The notes beneath the pieces are model-generated. The model did not search any database, was not told where the DNA came from, and was given only the letters and a program-made list of their open reading frames with translations. A program made the translations under genes and the position numbers. Source: Stegostoma tigrinum (lineage: Eukaryota). Taken from it: a DNA stretch of 64,000 bases. The stretch's first letter is position 1; each line of letters starts with the position of its first letter. Below are positions 13,375 through 24,113 of the stretch, in pieces. The stretch spans positions 62,249,414 through 62,313,413 of the forward strand of contig NC_081367.1 of NCBI RefSeq assembly GCF_030684315.1. Direction: 5' to 3'.

Positions 13375-13632
13375 TCATGAATATTTTTACAAGAATTTGA
13401 GTTCATCAAAATTATGCTGGTTCCATAACTGCAAACCGATTCCAAAAACTTTAGCGAGGCAGTAAAATTGGACATTATGGGGTCTCAAGCTGAGATATTG
13501 ATTCAAAAAAGGACAGTCCTAACAAAGGTGACAGAAATGGGATTTGCACTGTCCACCAGACATCCTGTTACACATTTGCCAAACGGTATTACTAACATTT
13601 CTCCACCTTATTTGTTTCATTTTAATACTGAG

Positions 13633-13756
13633 GTTCCTAAAGCTGTTTGCTCTGAAAGCTGCCATGAAGGAACAAGGAAAGCAGAAAGAAAAGGACAACC
13701 CATTTGCTGCTTTGACTGCATACAATGTGCACAAGGAGAAATTAGTAACACAACCG
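13633..13756 (+). CDS. V2R gene A exon 5 (cysteine-rich domain)
   Basis: [41 protein letters not shown]; 124 nt; donor G|GTAAGA; the acceptor is GAG. Confidence 0.9.
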
Positions 13757-13862
13757 GTAAGAAACCACCATTGCAAATAGCGTTCCTGCTTAAACGTGAT
13801 ATCTGCGTTGCTCAGGCGTTCAGATTCCTCGTATAATGACAAAGTGTTGTGTTGCTTTTTAG

Positions 13863-14755
13863 ATTCTATTCATTGCATAAAGTGTCCTTTGGAATTCAGA
13901 TCTAATGAAAGACAGGATCAGTGCATCCCAAAGGAAATCGAGTTTCTTTCCTTTTCCGAGGTGATGGGAATCACTTTGGTGAACCTGGCGTTGTTTGGAG
14001 CCTGCACCACTGTCTCTGTATTCGCAATATTCTACATTCATAGACACACTCCAATTGTTAAAGCTAATAACTCTGAGTTAAGCTTCCTTCTTCTCTTTGC
14101 CCTCACTCTTTGCTTTCTATGTTCAATTACATTCATTGGTGAACCTTCAGTTTGGTCATGTATGCTCTGCCACGTGGCATTTGGTATTAGTTTTGTTCTT
14201 TGCATATCTTGTGTATTGAGTAAAACAATAGTGGTGGTGATGGCATTCAAAGCAACGTTTCCTAACAATAATATGATGAGGTGGTTTGGACCAAGACAAC
14301 AACGGCTGATGGTTTACATCCTTACCCTGATACAATGTGCAATATGTACTGCCTGGTTAATTGTAATTCCACCTTATCCTTTGAGGAACACTAGTCACTC
14401 TCAAAAGATAATCGTGTTTGAATGCAATGTTGGATCTTCATTAGCATTCTCTTGTGTTCTTGGTTATATTGGATTTCTTTCCTGTGTGTGTTTTATGCTA
14501 GCTTTTTTAGCTCGACAACTTCCAGATAACTTTAATGAAGCTAAGCACATAACGTTTAGCATGCTTATCTTTTGTGCCGTTTGGATAACTTTCATTCCAG
14601 CTTACATAAGTTCGCCAGGAAAATATGCTGTGGCGCTTGAAGTATTTGCTATTTTGGCCTCCAGTTTTGGTCTGCTTATTTGTATTTTTGCTCCAAAATG
14701 TTATATTATTCTTCTGAATAAAGAAAAGAATACAAAGAGGAACATGATGGGCTAA
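13863..14755 (+). CDS. V2R gene A exon 6 (7TM domain)
   Basis: Acceptor tttttag; [31 protein letters not shown] and FAPKCYIIL motifs; TAA ending at 14755. Confidence 0.95.
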
Positions 14756-15119
14756 GTGTCTTCCAAAAAACAACTTTGGAAATGTTCATAAATGTGTCCC
14801 GGATATTTTCGTAGGTGTTTATATTTTGCCGTAATGGTGGCGAATACTAGTTCCTTGTGAACAGATGTAAAGCTAACTGTTTTCCCAGCATTCATATTAC
14901 ACAATCGAACAAAGCTACAATGACCAGCAGGGAGTGCAATTTGAAGTTCGGCTGTTAATTTTTATTATTTTGACCATCTCCCCGAGCTTTAATCAGAATG
15001 GAAAATCGTGTATGACTTAGATGTATTTAAATACGCATCTAAGTCACTTTTAGTTTCCTTTTCGTGTCTTGAATCTCTTCGTTGCGTGGAATTTCGATTT
15101 GAAACTTGCTTTGTACATC

Positions 15120-15204
15120 AATAAAAAAACCAGTTCTGAAACTTAGCCTGTTCATGTGTACAAAAGGGATTGCTCACATCGTTTTCTCAAAACGCATTAA
15201 TAAA
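15120..15204 (+). promoter_or_regulatory. Candidate polyadenylation signals of gene A
   Basis: AATAAA at 15120 and 15199, both conserved in gene B (39061, 39139). Confidence 0.55.
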
Positions 15205-15719
15205 AATGCCGTCACTGTGCTAAGCTGATACGGGGCATGGGGTTTGGTGGGTCTCAGTGGGATGTTGTCGTGATACTGCTGGTTGAAAGAGAGAAATACT
15301 TGGAATCTTTGAGTTCACCATTTTGGCGGTGCTGACTATTCTGCCCGTTTCAAAGTTAGTTTCATATTCATTCTCCAAAGGAACTCATGAATTTGCTTCC
15401 GCACTGCGAAGCCTCTTCTAAGTTGTTATCTCATGAAATTTCTTCTCCTGCACTTCCCTAGCTGCGTATTTTCTCACTGAAGTGCTGTAATTCACTGGCA
15501 TGTTAGAAGTTGGGCATTTCAAAGACCTAATTTACTAATTCAATCCTGGAAAGTTTGTCTTTGTGCCGACAATCACGTATTGCATGCATAAATTTCCGAC
15601 TTGTTTGAAGCCAAGACAGATTACAAATTGGTGTTTTCAAAACATTTATCCATTGTGGGTGTACTTTATCTATAACACGTCCATGGATGCGAATCCTTTT
15701 CTTTCTAAATAAAGATGCC

Positions 15720-15975
15720 GACCTCATGTATGCACCCTCAAATTTCTGTGACCATATGCATGTCCAGCAGTCTCTTAAATGTCCCCAATGAACTTGGAAT
15801 GCGTTGCCAGCAGCAGTTGTGGAAGCAAAGTCATTGGGGACATTTAAAAGACTGCTGGACATGCATATGGTCTCAGAAATTTGAGGGTGCATACATGAGG
15901 ATCAATGGTCGGCACAACATCGTGGGCTGAAGGGCCTGTTCTGTGCTGTACTGTTCTATGTTCCATGTTCTATGT
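15720..15975 (+). mobile_element. CR1 3' fragment with an inverted 70-bp duplication
   Basis: Arms 15722-15791 and 15831-15900; tail gttctatgttccatgttctatg; absent at the paralogous site ~39990. Confidence 0.8.
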
Positions 15976-16392
15976 CAAAAGTGGTGTTCATCGAGTGCAA
16001 AATTACAGGAACAGTTATTAAACGCAAGACAATTAAATATTTGATGAGCAGTAACATCTTTAATGACCAATGGAGGTCCTGAAGATGGAAATGGTATTTA
16101 TCTAACTTCCTCAGTGTGATTTGAGCTGAATTCTGAGTGTTAGGAGAATCAACAATTCTGGAGAAGGAGATATCTATAGACGTGCGTTATATCACGATAT
16201 TGCGGAAGGTGAGTGGTCCAGGAAGGAGAGTTGAACGGCCCTTGGCAGATTGCAAATTCTGAGATGGAGGGACGTTCCTGTTTGAACTGGGGTTTGGGAA
16301 TTTGACGTTGCTGCATGGAATACTTCCACGTTTTACGATCCATCAGCAGAGACGTAAATTTATCTCTTCCATGTCACTGCCTCCCTTCAGCT

Positions 16393-16600
16393 AACAAGGT
16401 GTAGAGCTGGATGAACACAACAGGTCAAGCATCATCTTCGGAGCAGGAAAGCTGACGTTTCGCGTCTAGACCCTTCATCGTCGGGTCTAGGCCCGAAAAG
16501 TCAGCTTTCCTGCTCCTAAGATTCTGCTTAACCTGCGATGTTCATCCAGCTCTACGTCTTGTTACCTCGGATTCTCCAGTATCTCCGGTTCCTATTATGT
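16393..16600. mobile_element. Palindromic Penelope pLTR-derived element
   Basis: Inverted arms meet at ~16480; TSD ctgcctcccttcagct (16377-16392) / ctacctcccttaagct (16601-16616); absent in unit 2. Confidence 0.8.
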
Positions 16601-16939
16601 CTACCTCCCTTAAGCTGTCAGGTTTCAAGGCAGCAAACGAAATCCTGGTGCGAGAAACGCCTGAGTTGGGAGTCAGGAAACTTACTGCGAGTAAACCTTA
16701 TTTCTATATTTGGATTTCAATCCGTTGCCCGGGTAGTCTGGTATCAAGCCTTTCCAACATTGTGATTTCTCCAGATGTCTTAAAGAATGGAACAAGTGTA
16801 GTATAAAAATTAGGAAATACTTGATGTGTTAAATGTAGATTTCCTGAAATATTACGTAAGATAACGTATAAAAGGTTACTGCAAACATATGAACTCATTT
16901 TGTGTTGAGTTATACGTTAAAACAAGTATTAAATTATGA

Positions 16940-17490
16940 TAGGTGTGTCAATTCCAGGTTAGAAAATTGTAACAAGATGTGGCAGTGATACTCTTACAGC
17001 TGTTGATAACATATATTAACAGTTTGTTTGAGGGGATAGAGTGTATTGCAGACTCACTTCCAGATGATAGGAAGACAAGAAAACATTTTTGAGATGTAAA
17101 ATGATTGAGAAGAATATCTACAAAGAGATATAAGTAGGCGCAGTGAACGGACAAAAAATGTCAAATAGAATCTGTTGTGGAGTCGTTTAGCTTCGGTTCC
17201 TGCAGTAGGATAGATAGAAAAATAAAACTTCGCTCAAAAATATCATATGGTTCCCAGTTTAGGAGAGATGAGGAAGATTTTTTTTTGTCTCAGAGGGTCA
17301 TTATCTTTGGAATTCTCTTTCCCAAAGAGCAGTAGAAGATGACACAACAGATATATTCAAGGGCACCTTTGATATTTTTTCGTCCACAGCTGAAATAAGG
17401 TTGTGAGAACAAGGAAGGGAAGTCTTGTAGAGGTTGCAGTCAGATCCTCATTAACTTACTGAAGGATGGATTAAAATCAAGGTGGCCGAG
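16940..17490 (+). mobile_element. Old CR1 fragment (paralog 40740-41300)
   Basis: Degenerate CR1 ORF2 end and 3' UTR shared by both duplication units. Confidence 0.6.
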
Positions 17491-17944
17491 TTGATGGAAA
17501 GACAACAGTGCTATCAGCGGAGATAGCAAGGCCTATCGCTACTGGAGTCCAAGATAACACAGCGGGGAGCTGGAGGAACACAACAGGGCAAACTGCATCA
17601 GAGGAGCAGGAAAGCTGACGTTTGGTTCCCAATTCGCAACGTCAGCATTTGAAGTATAATGCTTAGAATATGCACAGATCCAGAGTTGCTTTGTGGAAAA
17701 CTTTAATTCTGCTCAATGAAATTGGACGAGTTTTTAATGTCATTTTGTGTTAATTCATTGGTTACTCGGCAGCTATTTAAAAATGGAATTTTTTTGAACG
17801 TATTGTCAGTAAACATGGGGAAGAGAAAGATTAATACTCGTTTTTCACAAGAGGCAATTCACTGCACTGTTGTGTAGGTTGCTACAAGCCACATGTTGGA
17901 GATACAGTAAGACGTTATTAACAGTTGGAACACTGTGCTGTTCA

Positions 17945-18265
17945 TAGAATCCCTAAAGTGTGGAAACACTTGATTGGCCCATTGAGGCTTCCAAACAGCA
18001 CCCCACCGAGACCCACAACCCTAGTCCAGTCTCTGTAACCCTATATCTTCCATGGCTAATCCACCCAGTCTTTCTATCCCTCGCCACAGTTCAATATGGC
18101 CAATGCACCTATCATGCAATCTTCGCACTGTGGGAAGGAATTGAAGCACATGGATGAAATCTATGCAGACTTGGAGAAACTGTGAAAACTACACACAGAC
18201 AGTCACCTGAAGGTAGAATCAAATCTGGGCATCTGGTGCTGTGATGCAGCAATGCTAGGGAGAGA
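17945..18265 (-). mobile_element. HE1-like V-SINE (paralog 43255-43595)
   Basis: Reverse-strand SINE head and V-domain. Confidence 0.75.
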
Positions 18266-19099
18266 GCCAGTATACCACCATCTACAAGGAACACAAGAAG
18301 AACTTCTGATAATTGGTAGTCAACCAAGGGTTGGAGTCAACTTCAGAAGCCTTGGGAAGTTCTAAATTTGAGATAATCACTGGCTGTTTGCTGGGACAGG
18401 CTGAGATGTTAAGAGGTTGGTCATGTCTCTGGGCAATGGTAATTCAGTGCAGCCAAGAAAATGAGGTTGAAAGATTATCAGCAACAGTGTGTGTCTGATG
18501 AAAGTAAGTGGGATAGGAGATGAGGGACTAATCCCAAGCGTAGATCTGGTTCATTAAATGTAATTGTCATTGAATAATTGGAATTATCCTTCCGATTAAG
18601 TACTGGACTACAATCTCAGCAACCAGAATGGCATGAACCCAGTGCTGCAGTATGTACCACCAGAACAGTGCAGTCATTGAGGCAGTCCATATTGCAGCAA
18701 CTAATGATTTGGATTTTGGAGGATGAATCACCAGAACAGAAGAATTATAATCCCTTGTGGATCTTCATTATAATGTATGATGTACCATATAATTTACGTA
18801 CGTGGACAGTTACTGAGAAGTCTATGGGATCTATCTTGACAAATGTCTGTTTGAAGTGCGGCATGATGTGTTTCTATAGTCACTCATGGGACAAGAACGT
18901 TGTTGTCTGGCCAGTATTTATTGACCATGCCTTTTTATTGTTTAGAAACTGGTGTTTAGCTACTTTCCTGAACTGTTGCAGACTATGTATGGTCCTGCCG
19001 ACCAGTATGTGGTCTCGTAATGCCTTTAGAGAGGGTGAATCAGCATTTTGATCACTGCATATATGAAGATCTACCAAATGATAATTATGTTTGTTAAAA

Positions 19100-20397
19100 T
19101 CTCCTCTGCCCCCTCTCTAAAGCTTCCACATCTTTCCCATATGTGGTGACAAAAACAGAACGCAATATTCCAAGGATGGTCTAACTAGAGTTTTGTAGAG
19201 CTGCAGCATACCCTCACAACTCTTAAAGTCAATCCCCCTGACAATGAAAGCAAGCACACCATATGCCTTCTTTACAAACCTATCAACTTGGGTATGAGGT
19301 TTGAGGGATCTCTGGATGCGACATCAGAACCCTCTGTTCCTCCACACTGCTGAGAATTCTGCCATTAACCCTGTATTCTGCATTCATTTTCGACCTTCCA
19401 ATATGAATTGCTTCACATTTTTCTAGATTGAATTCCATCTGCCACTTCTTTGCCAAGCTCTGCATCCTGTCAATGTCTAGTTGCAACCTCCAACAGCCCT
19501 CCATGTTGTCCATAACTGCACCAACCTTCATGTCTTGGCAACTTACTAACCCACCCTTTCACTTCCTCATCCAAGTCATTTTTAAAGATCACAAAAAGGA
19601 GAGGTTCCAGAAAAATTCCTTGCGCAACACTACTGGGCACTGAGCTCCTGGATGAATACTTTCCATCTGCTATTACATTCTGTCTTCTATTGTGCAGCCA
19701 GTTTTGCACCCAGACAGCCAAATTTCCGTGAATCACATGCCTCCTTACTTTCTGAATGAGCCTTCCATGTGGAACCGTATCAAATGCCTTGCAAAAATCC
19801 ATATACACCACGTCCACTGTTCTACCTTCATCAATGTGTTTTATCACATCCTCAAATAATTCAATAGGTCTTGCAAGGCATGACCTGTCACTAAGCCATG
19901 TTGACTATTTCTAATCAATTTTTTTTTCAAATAATCATAAATACTATCTCGCAGAATCCTCTCCACTAATTTGCCCAACACAGAAGAAAGACTGATCTGT
20001 CAGTAATTTTGAGGATTATCTCTCTTCCCTTGTTTGAACAAGGGGATGACATTTGCCACCTTTCAATCTTCTGGTACTACTCCAGTGGACAATGAGGATG
20101 CAAAGATATTTTCCAAAGGGGCAGCAATCTCTTATTCACTTCCCGTAGAAACCTTGGGTAGATCTTTTTTCTGGCGCAGGGGACTTATCTATCCCCATGT
20201 CATTCCAAAATTTCTGGCACATCTTCCTTCCTAACATCAATCTGCTCGAGCATATCTGTCTGTTTCATGCTATCCTCACAAAATTAAAACTCCATCTCAC
20301 AGGTGAATACTGAAGCAAAGTATTTATAAAGGATCCCTTCCACCTCCTCTGACTCTGCACACAAATTTCCTCCACTATCCCTGACTGGCTCTACCCT
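19100..20397 (-). mobile_element. CR1 LINE RT fragment interrupted by the ERV LTR
   Basis: ORF 19470-19847 VDVVYMDFCKAFDTVPHGRL...; WQMEFNLEKC. Confidence 0.9.
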
Positions 20398-21106
20398 TGA
20401 TAGGTTTGTTTTCGGAGATCCTCACGGACTTGCAGCAATAACAAGACACTGACCTGTTTAGAAAAAAAAACAAATCCTTTATGACAAAGCAAGTACAAGC
20501 TGTGGAGGATCATTTTACTCAACCCAGCACAGAGTGCAGAGTCTTGTAAGCGATTCTCTCTGAGGAGTGGACAGTTCCCACTTTTTATACCTTATCGAGT
20601 GCATCGTACATAGAGCAATTTTACATCTCACAATGGCATGATACATGAAACAATCACTACATTGGAGATTGACATGATACCCAATTACTACATCGAAAAC
20701 ATAAAGAAAGCAGGATACAGAATCGATCATTCGTCAAGTGGCTGCTCATGGCAGGAGGCAATTTCAAGTTGCCGAAGTGACAGCATGTAATTTTAAGATG
20801 CCCAAGTGTCTGGCTTGAACAAAAGTCAATGCCCTGGCCCCTTTTAGCAGAAACAGAAGTTACATTCTTTACAGGATCTCAGACGTCTCACACATTTACA
20901 AACGCTGCCCACCTAATCTTGTTTGAGACCGTTTCCACATACCCCTGTGCAGAAAGCTATAGAATTACAAAGTTTTACACCTGATTCTAATCAAGCAGGA
21001 AGTTATAAGGCAGTGTCTGCATACCTCTGTCTATGCAGATAAAAAAACATTAATTTGTGGATAATATAGAAATCAGTGGGATGTTATCCCAAAAAAACAC
21101 ATCTCA
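20398..21106 (-). mobile_element. 3' LTR of the endogenous retrovirus (~709 bp)
   Basis: TG...CA termini; on the minus strand it is preceded by polypurine tract AAAAGGAGGGAA (21107-21118); TATA-like GTATAAAAAG at 20581-20590. Confidence 0.75.
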
Positions 21107-21129
21107 TTCCCTCCTTTTATCATTTCATG

Positions 21130-22430
21130 ATAACCCATATCAGGGACGAGAAGGGAGCTGCTAGCCTGGCAAACACAACTCTGCAGCAAGATTTCAGGCA
21201 TACCATAAATATACAGCAGGCAGTTATGATAACTGTTAGAATAACTAACCTATAGAGCAGCTATGAGCCCCAAGAACCACTCATAAGCTATCCCAACAAG
21301 CCCCCTCCCATTCGGGGTCCCTCTCTGTACTGTTCCAACTGCCCCTGTATGGCTTGTATAGCCTGGGTAATATTATAGGACACATCGGTAACATGAGTAA
21401 TGCACTTGTCTTCTATAATAGAACGTACTCCTCCTTGCTGAGCCAGTTCATAGTCCACTGCATACCGGGTTTGCTGAGCATAAAGCCGAAGTTCGGCTAA
21501 TTCTTGATTGACTGCCTCCAATGCTGTCATTGCGCTGTTTCCCAGGGTAGTGACTACGCATATCAGGTAGTTTCGGGTTTTTTTTGCGGCCACCACCCCT
21601 GGGGAGCCTCTCAAGTTGTCAGTTCCTAGGAAGCCACATCCCAAGGAAGAACCCAAGGCAATTAGGTCCTGGAATGCAGCACAAAACTCCCGGCTCAGGA
21701 AGCATGTGACAATTCGCTGTTGAGTCAGTGCTCGTTCAGGACAAGGGGCCGTGAGAGGCCCAATGGTCTCAATAGCAAACAGCATTGGCAAAGTTGGAGT
21801 GGCAGTTCTGAAGGTCCCGTTAAGAAGGAAAATGAATTCCTTCTTATTCCGGTAGCAGGTGGAGTTAAATGGAAATGTCCAGCCCTGTTTCTACATGGGT
21901 GCAATTACAATCCCCACAAGTCCATTGTATGCCCGGGGTCACAGTTATTGGTTTAGATTCTAAACAGGGGCCGTTCAACAGTCCTCCTTTAGTTGTGCAA
22001 GTTTTGTTTTTATGCACCGGTGGGGCCAGGAAACATTATGGGGGTGATTAGTGACTAGAGCATGCACACAAGTCCCAGTTCTATTAAAGCAAAACGGGTA
22101 GCTGTTGGGATTTGTACAGTTAGCTCCTTCCTTCCCATGCCTCTGTTTAGTGCCTATACAATCCGAAGGGTCATTAACTGCCAATTCCACACACCTACCC
22201 TGCACACCTTTCGTCAAAGTTCCCCTCATTGCTCGGGAAGGCTTACCGGAACACTCGACTTCATAGAGCTGACTAAGGTTCCAGGCTGGTGTTGCCACAA
22301 TTCACGCCTCTACAGACTGTGCTAGCGGGTAACACGCTGTCCGATTCTCGTGCAGCTGGACGTGTGTTCCATAAAACAAATTGTCCTGCCGGCCATGCAC
22401 GGTCAAACTAACGCTCAGTCCAATGATTAA
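21130..22430 (-). pseudogene. env: ERV env remnant (gamma-type TM with immunosuppressive domain)
   Basis: ELAELRLYAQQTRYAVDYELAQQGGVRSIIEDKCITHV is an ISD plus a decayed CX6CC; heptad repeat; downstream hydrophobic TM (LVILTVIITACCIFMVCL); Cys-rich SU fragments; frameshifted. Confidence 0.8.
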
Positions 22431-22699
22431 TTGCAAACTGATGAGGGAAGCCATCGTTTGCAGTCCCTTAGGTGGATCCAGCGATTCTGTCCTTTAACTT
22501 TAAGAGCTGCCCGAGAAGAAACACTTGAAATGGTTCTTTCCACCTTGGTCCACCTTTTTTTGGGGGGGGCTCCAACGCCGCCGATTCTAATGTGGAGGCA
22601 GCATTGACAATCGCGTATCCAGAGAGGGGGTACACCAGGGGGACATGGAGGAACTGCTGCCAACGTACGGGATAAGGCCCGGAGAAGGGAGTGGGACGT

Positions 22700-24113
22700 C
22701 AGTTAAGTTCCAGGCGCGGAGAAGTCAGAAATTGGTTCCTTACTATTGTTGCAATGATAAGTTAAGGCTCTTCTCATCTGGGGATGAGTATTATCCGGCC
22801 AATCAATGTTATTAGTGCGAATAGCTGTCTCCACAGTCTCAGGTAAACACTGCAGCAAGAGAGCATTAAACTGTGTTGAGGGATTCCCTGCAATGCAAGA
22901 AGTATCACCAGCATAGGTGGAGCAAAAATGGCCCCAGAAGTCAGGACCATCCCCGCCGGGTTTGGGTTTGCACTCTGGCACTTTGGTAACGTCTACCGGC
23001 TGCTGTAAGATTCACTTAAGCGCATCTTTAATGGTTTGTAACCGAAGATCGTCAGCCATGAAGCCTGTAAAAGCATTCCAGTCTTGGGGAGCTGGGTCTC
23101 CTCCGTGGCTTTTCCACCTAGTACATTCACTAGGGGTGAAAGCCATGCAGCACAGGATAAACAGGTCTTGGGGTGGGGTTGGTACATTTGAATAGTGCCC
23201 AGGATGTAATGTATAAAGAAGACTTTATAAGACTATAAAGGCGTCTTCTGGTTTTAAAACAATCTTGCCCTCCCTCTTTTTGTCCACGAACAGTCTGTTC
23301 GTATTCAGTTGCATATTTGTCTGCTTAGTTTTAGACCTAGTACGACAGGAGATAGGGTCTGTACAAGCCGCGGGTTTGTCAGGAGACTCATGTGGGCTGA
23401 TTACTGAAGGTCTTGGAGATACTATAGCGGGAGGTCTAGTTTGGTCAGCATACGATGGCAGTGACAGGGCTACGGGCGATTGCTGGGACTGATGTCAATG
23501 TTGGGGTGCCTGCAGATGTAGGTTGGCCAAGGACGGTAGAGTTTGGAGGGGATAGTGGTCCCGACGGGGCAGAGGGGTGCCTTCCCCAGTCCTCCTTGTC
23601 TTGCCCATCTGTATCATTATTTTGGAGCAACATCGGCATGCCAGATATGTCAGGAGGTGCCTCCGATTTTTTTCTAATCCCCAATCTTTGTCTCGTCTTT
23701 ACCTTTCTAGCTTTCATTGTTTAACTCTTTCCCTTTCATTCATCTCACGATCCGTACACTGCAGCGTTAACATCTCCCAACGTTTAGGTTTTCCCTCACT
23801 ACCACAGACACTGATCCCTCTCCTACTTGCATTATCCACCCAACTAGCCAGTTTTGATTTCTCAATCAGCTCCTCAGCTCTCTTTCTCCAGAATGACATT
23901 AACCCTTTCCATTTTCTTCCTGCATTACGTGTCCATAGTGCCTTTTCAGCTTCAGTACATAGATCTATATCCCACGTTCCCCCTAGTGGCCAATTCTCAA
24001 TTTTTTTGCTTAGGCATGCCAACAGACGTCTGTACTGTACTTCATTTTCGGGGTCATCCCGGCATAGCCAATGTAAAGGAGCTCGGACACGACTTATCTA
24101 ACGTTTGTCCCAT
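22700..24113 (-). pseudogene. gag: ERV gag remnant
   Basis: MGQTLDK myristoylation-type start at 24113; matrix-like WPLGGTWD; PSAP late-domain motif in a Pro-rich region; frameshifts and stops. Confidence 0.7.

Larger units (their letters stand above)
8096..14755 (+). other. Gene A: intact six-exon V2R/OlfC (vomeronasal type-2 / CaSR-like class C GPCR) gene, predicted 861 aa
   Basis: Exons 8096-8310, 8843-9134, 10933-11766, 11877-12104, 13633-13756 and 13863-14755 have GT-AG junctions and compatible phases. They sum to 2586 nt with no internal stop and encode a signal peptide, Venus flytrap, cysteine-rich (NCD3G) domain and 7TM. Confidence 0.93.

Noticed and set aside
13796-13862. ORF-track N-terminal extension of the 319-aa 7TM ORF (and 37562-37580 in gene B) as a single-exon GPCR
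   Set aside because: Intronic read-through; the splice acceptors and phases fit the six-exon V2R model
8096-14755. Calling genes A/B CASR or GPRC6A
   Set aside because: Short C-tails, tandem near-identical paralogs and motifs such as [10 protein letters not shown] and [12 protein letters not shown] fit expanded V2R/OlfC; no symbol assigned without a phylogeny
16393-16600. Palindromic repeats as CRISPR repeats, terminators or transposase-type MITEs
   Set aside because: Eukaryotic context, no spacer array, long variable TSDs, and the arms match the Penelope pLTR next to GIY-YIG ORFs
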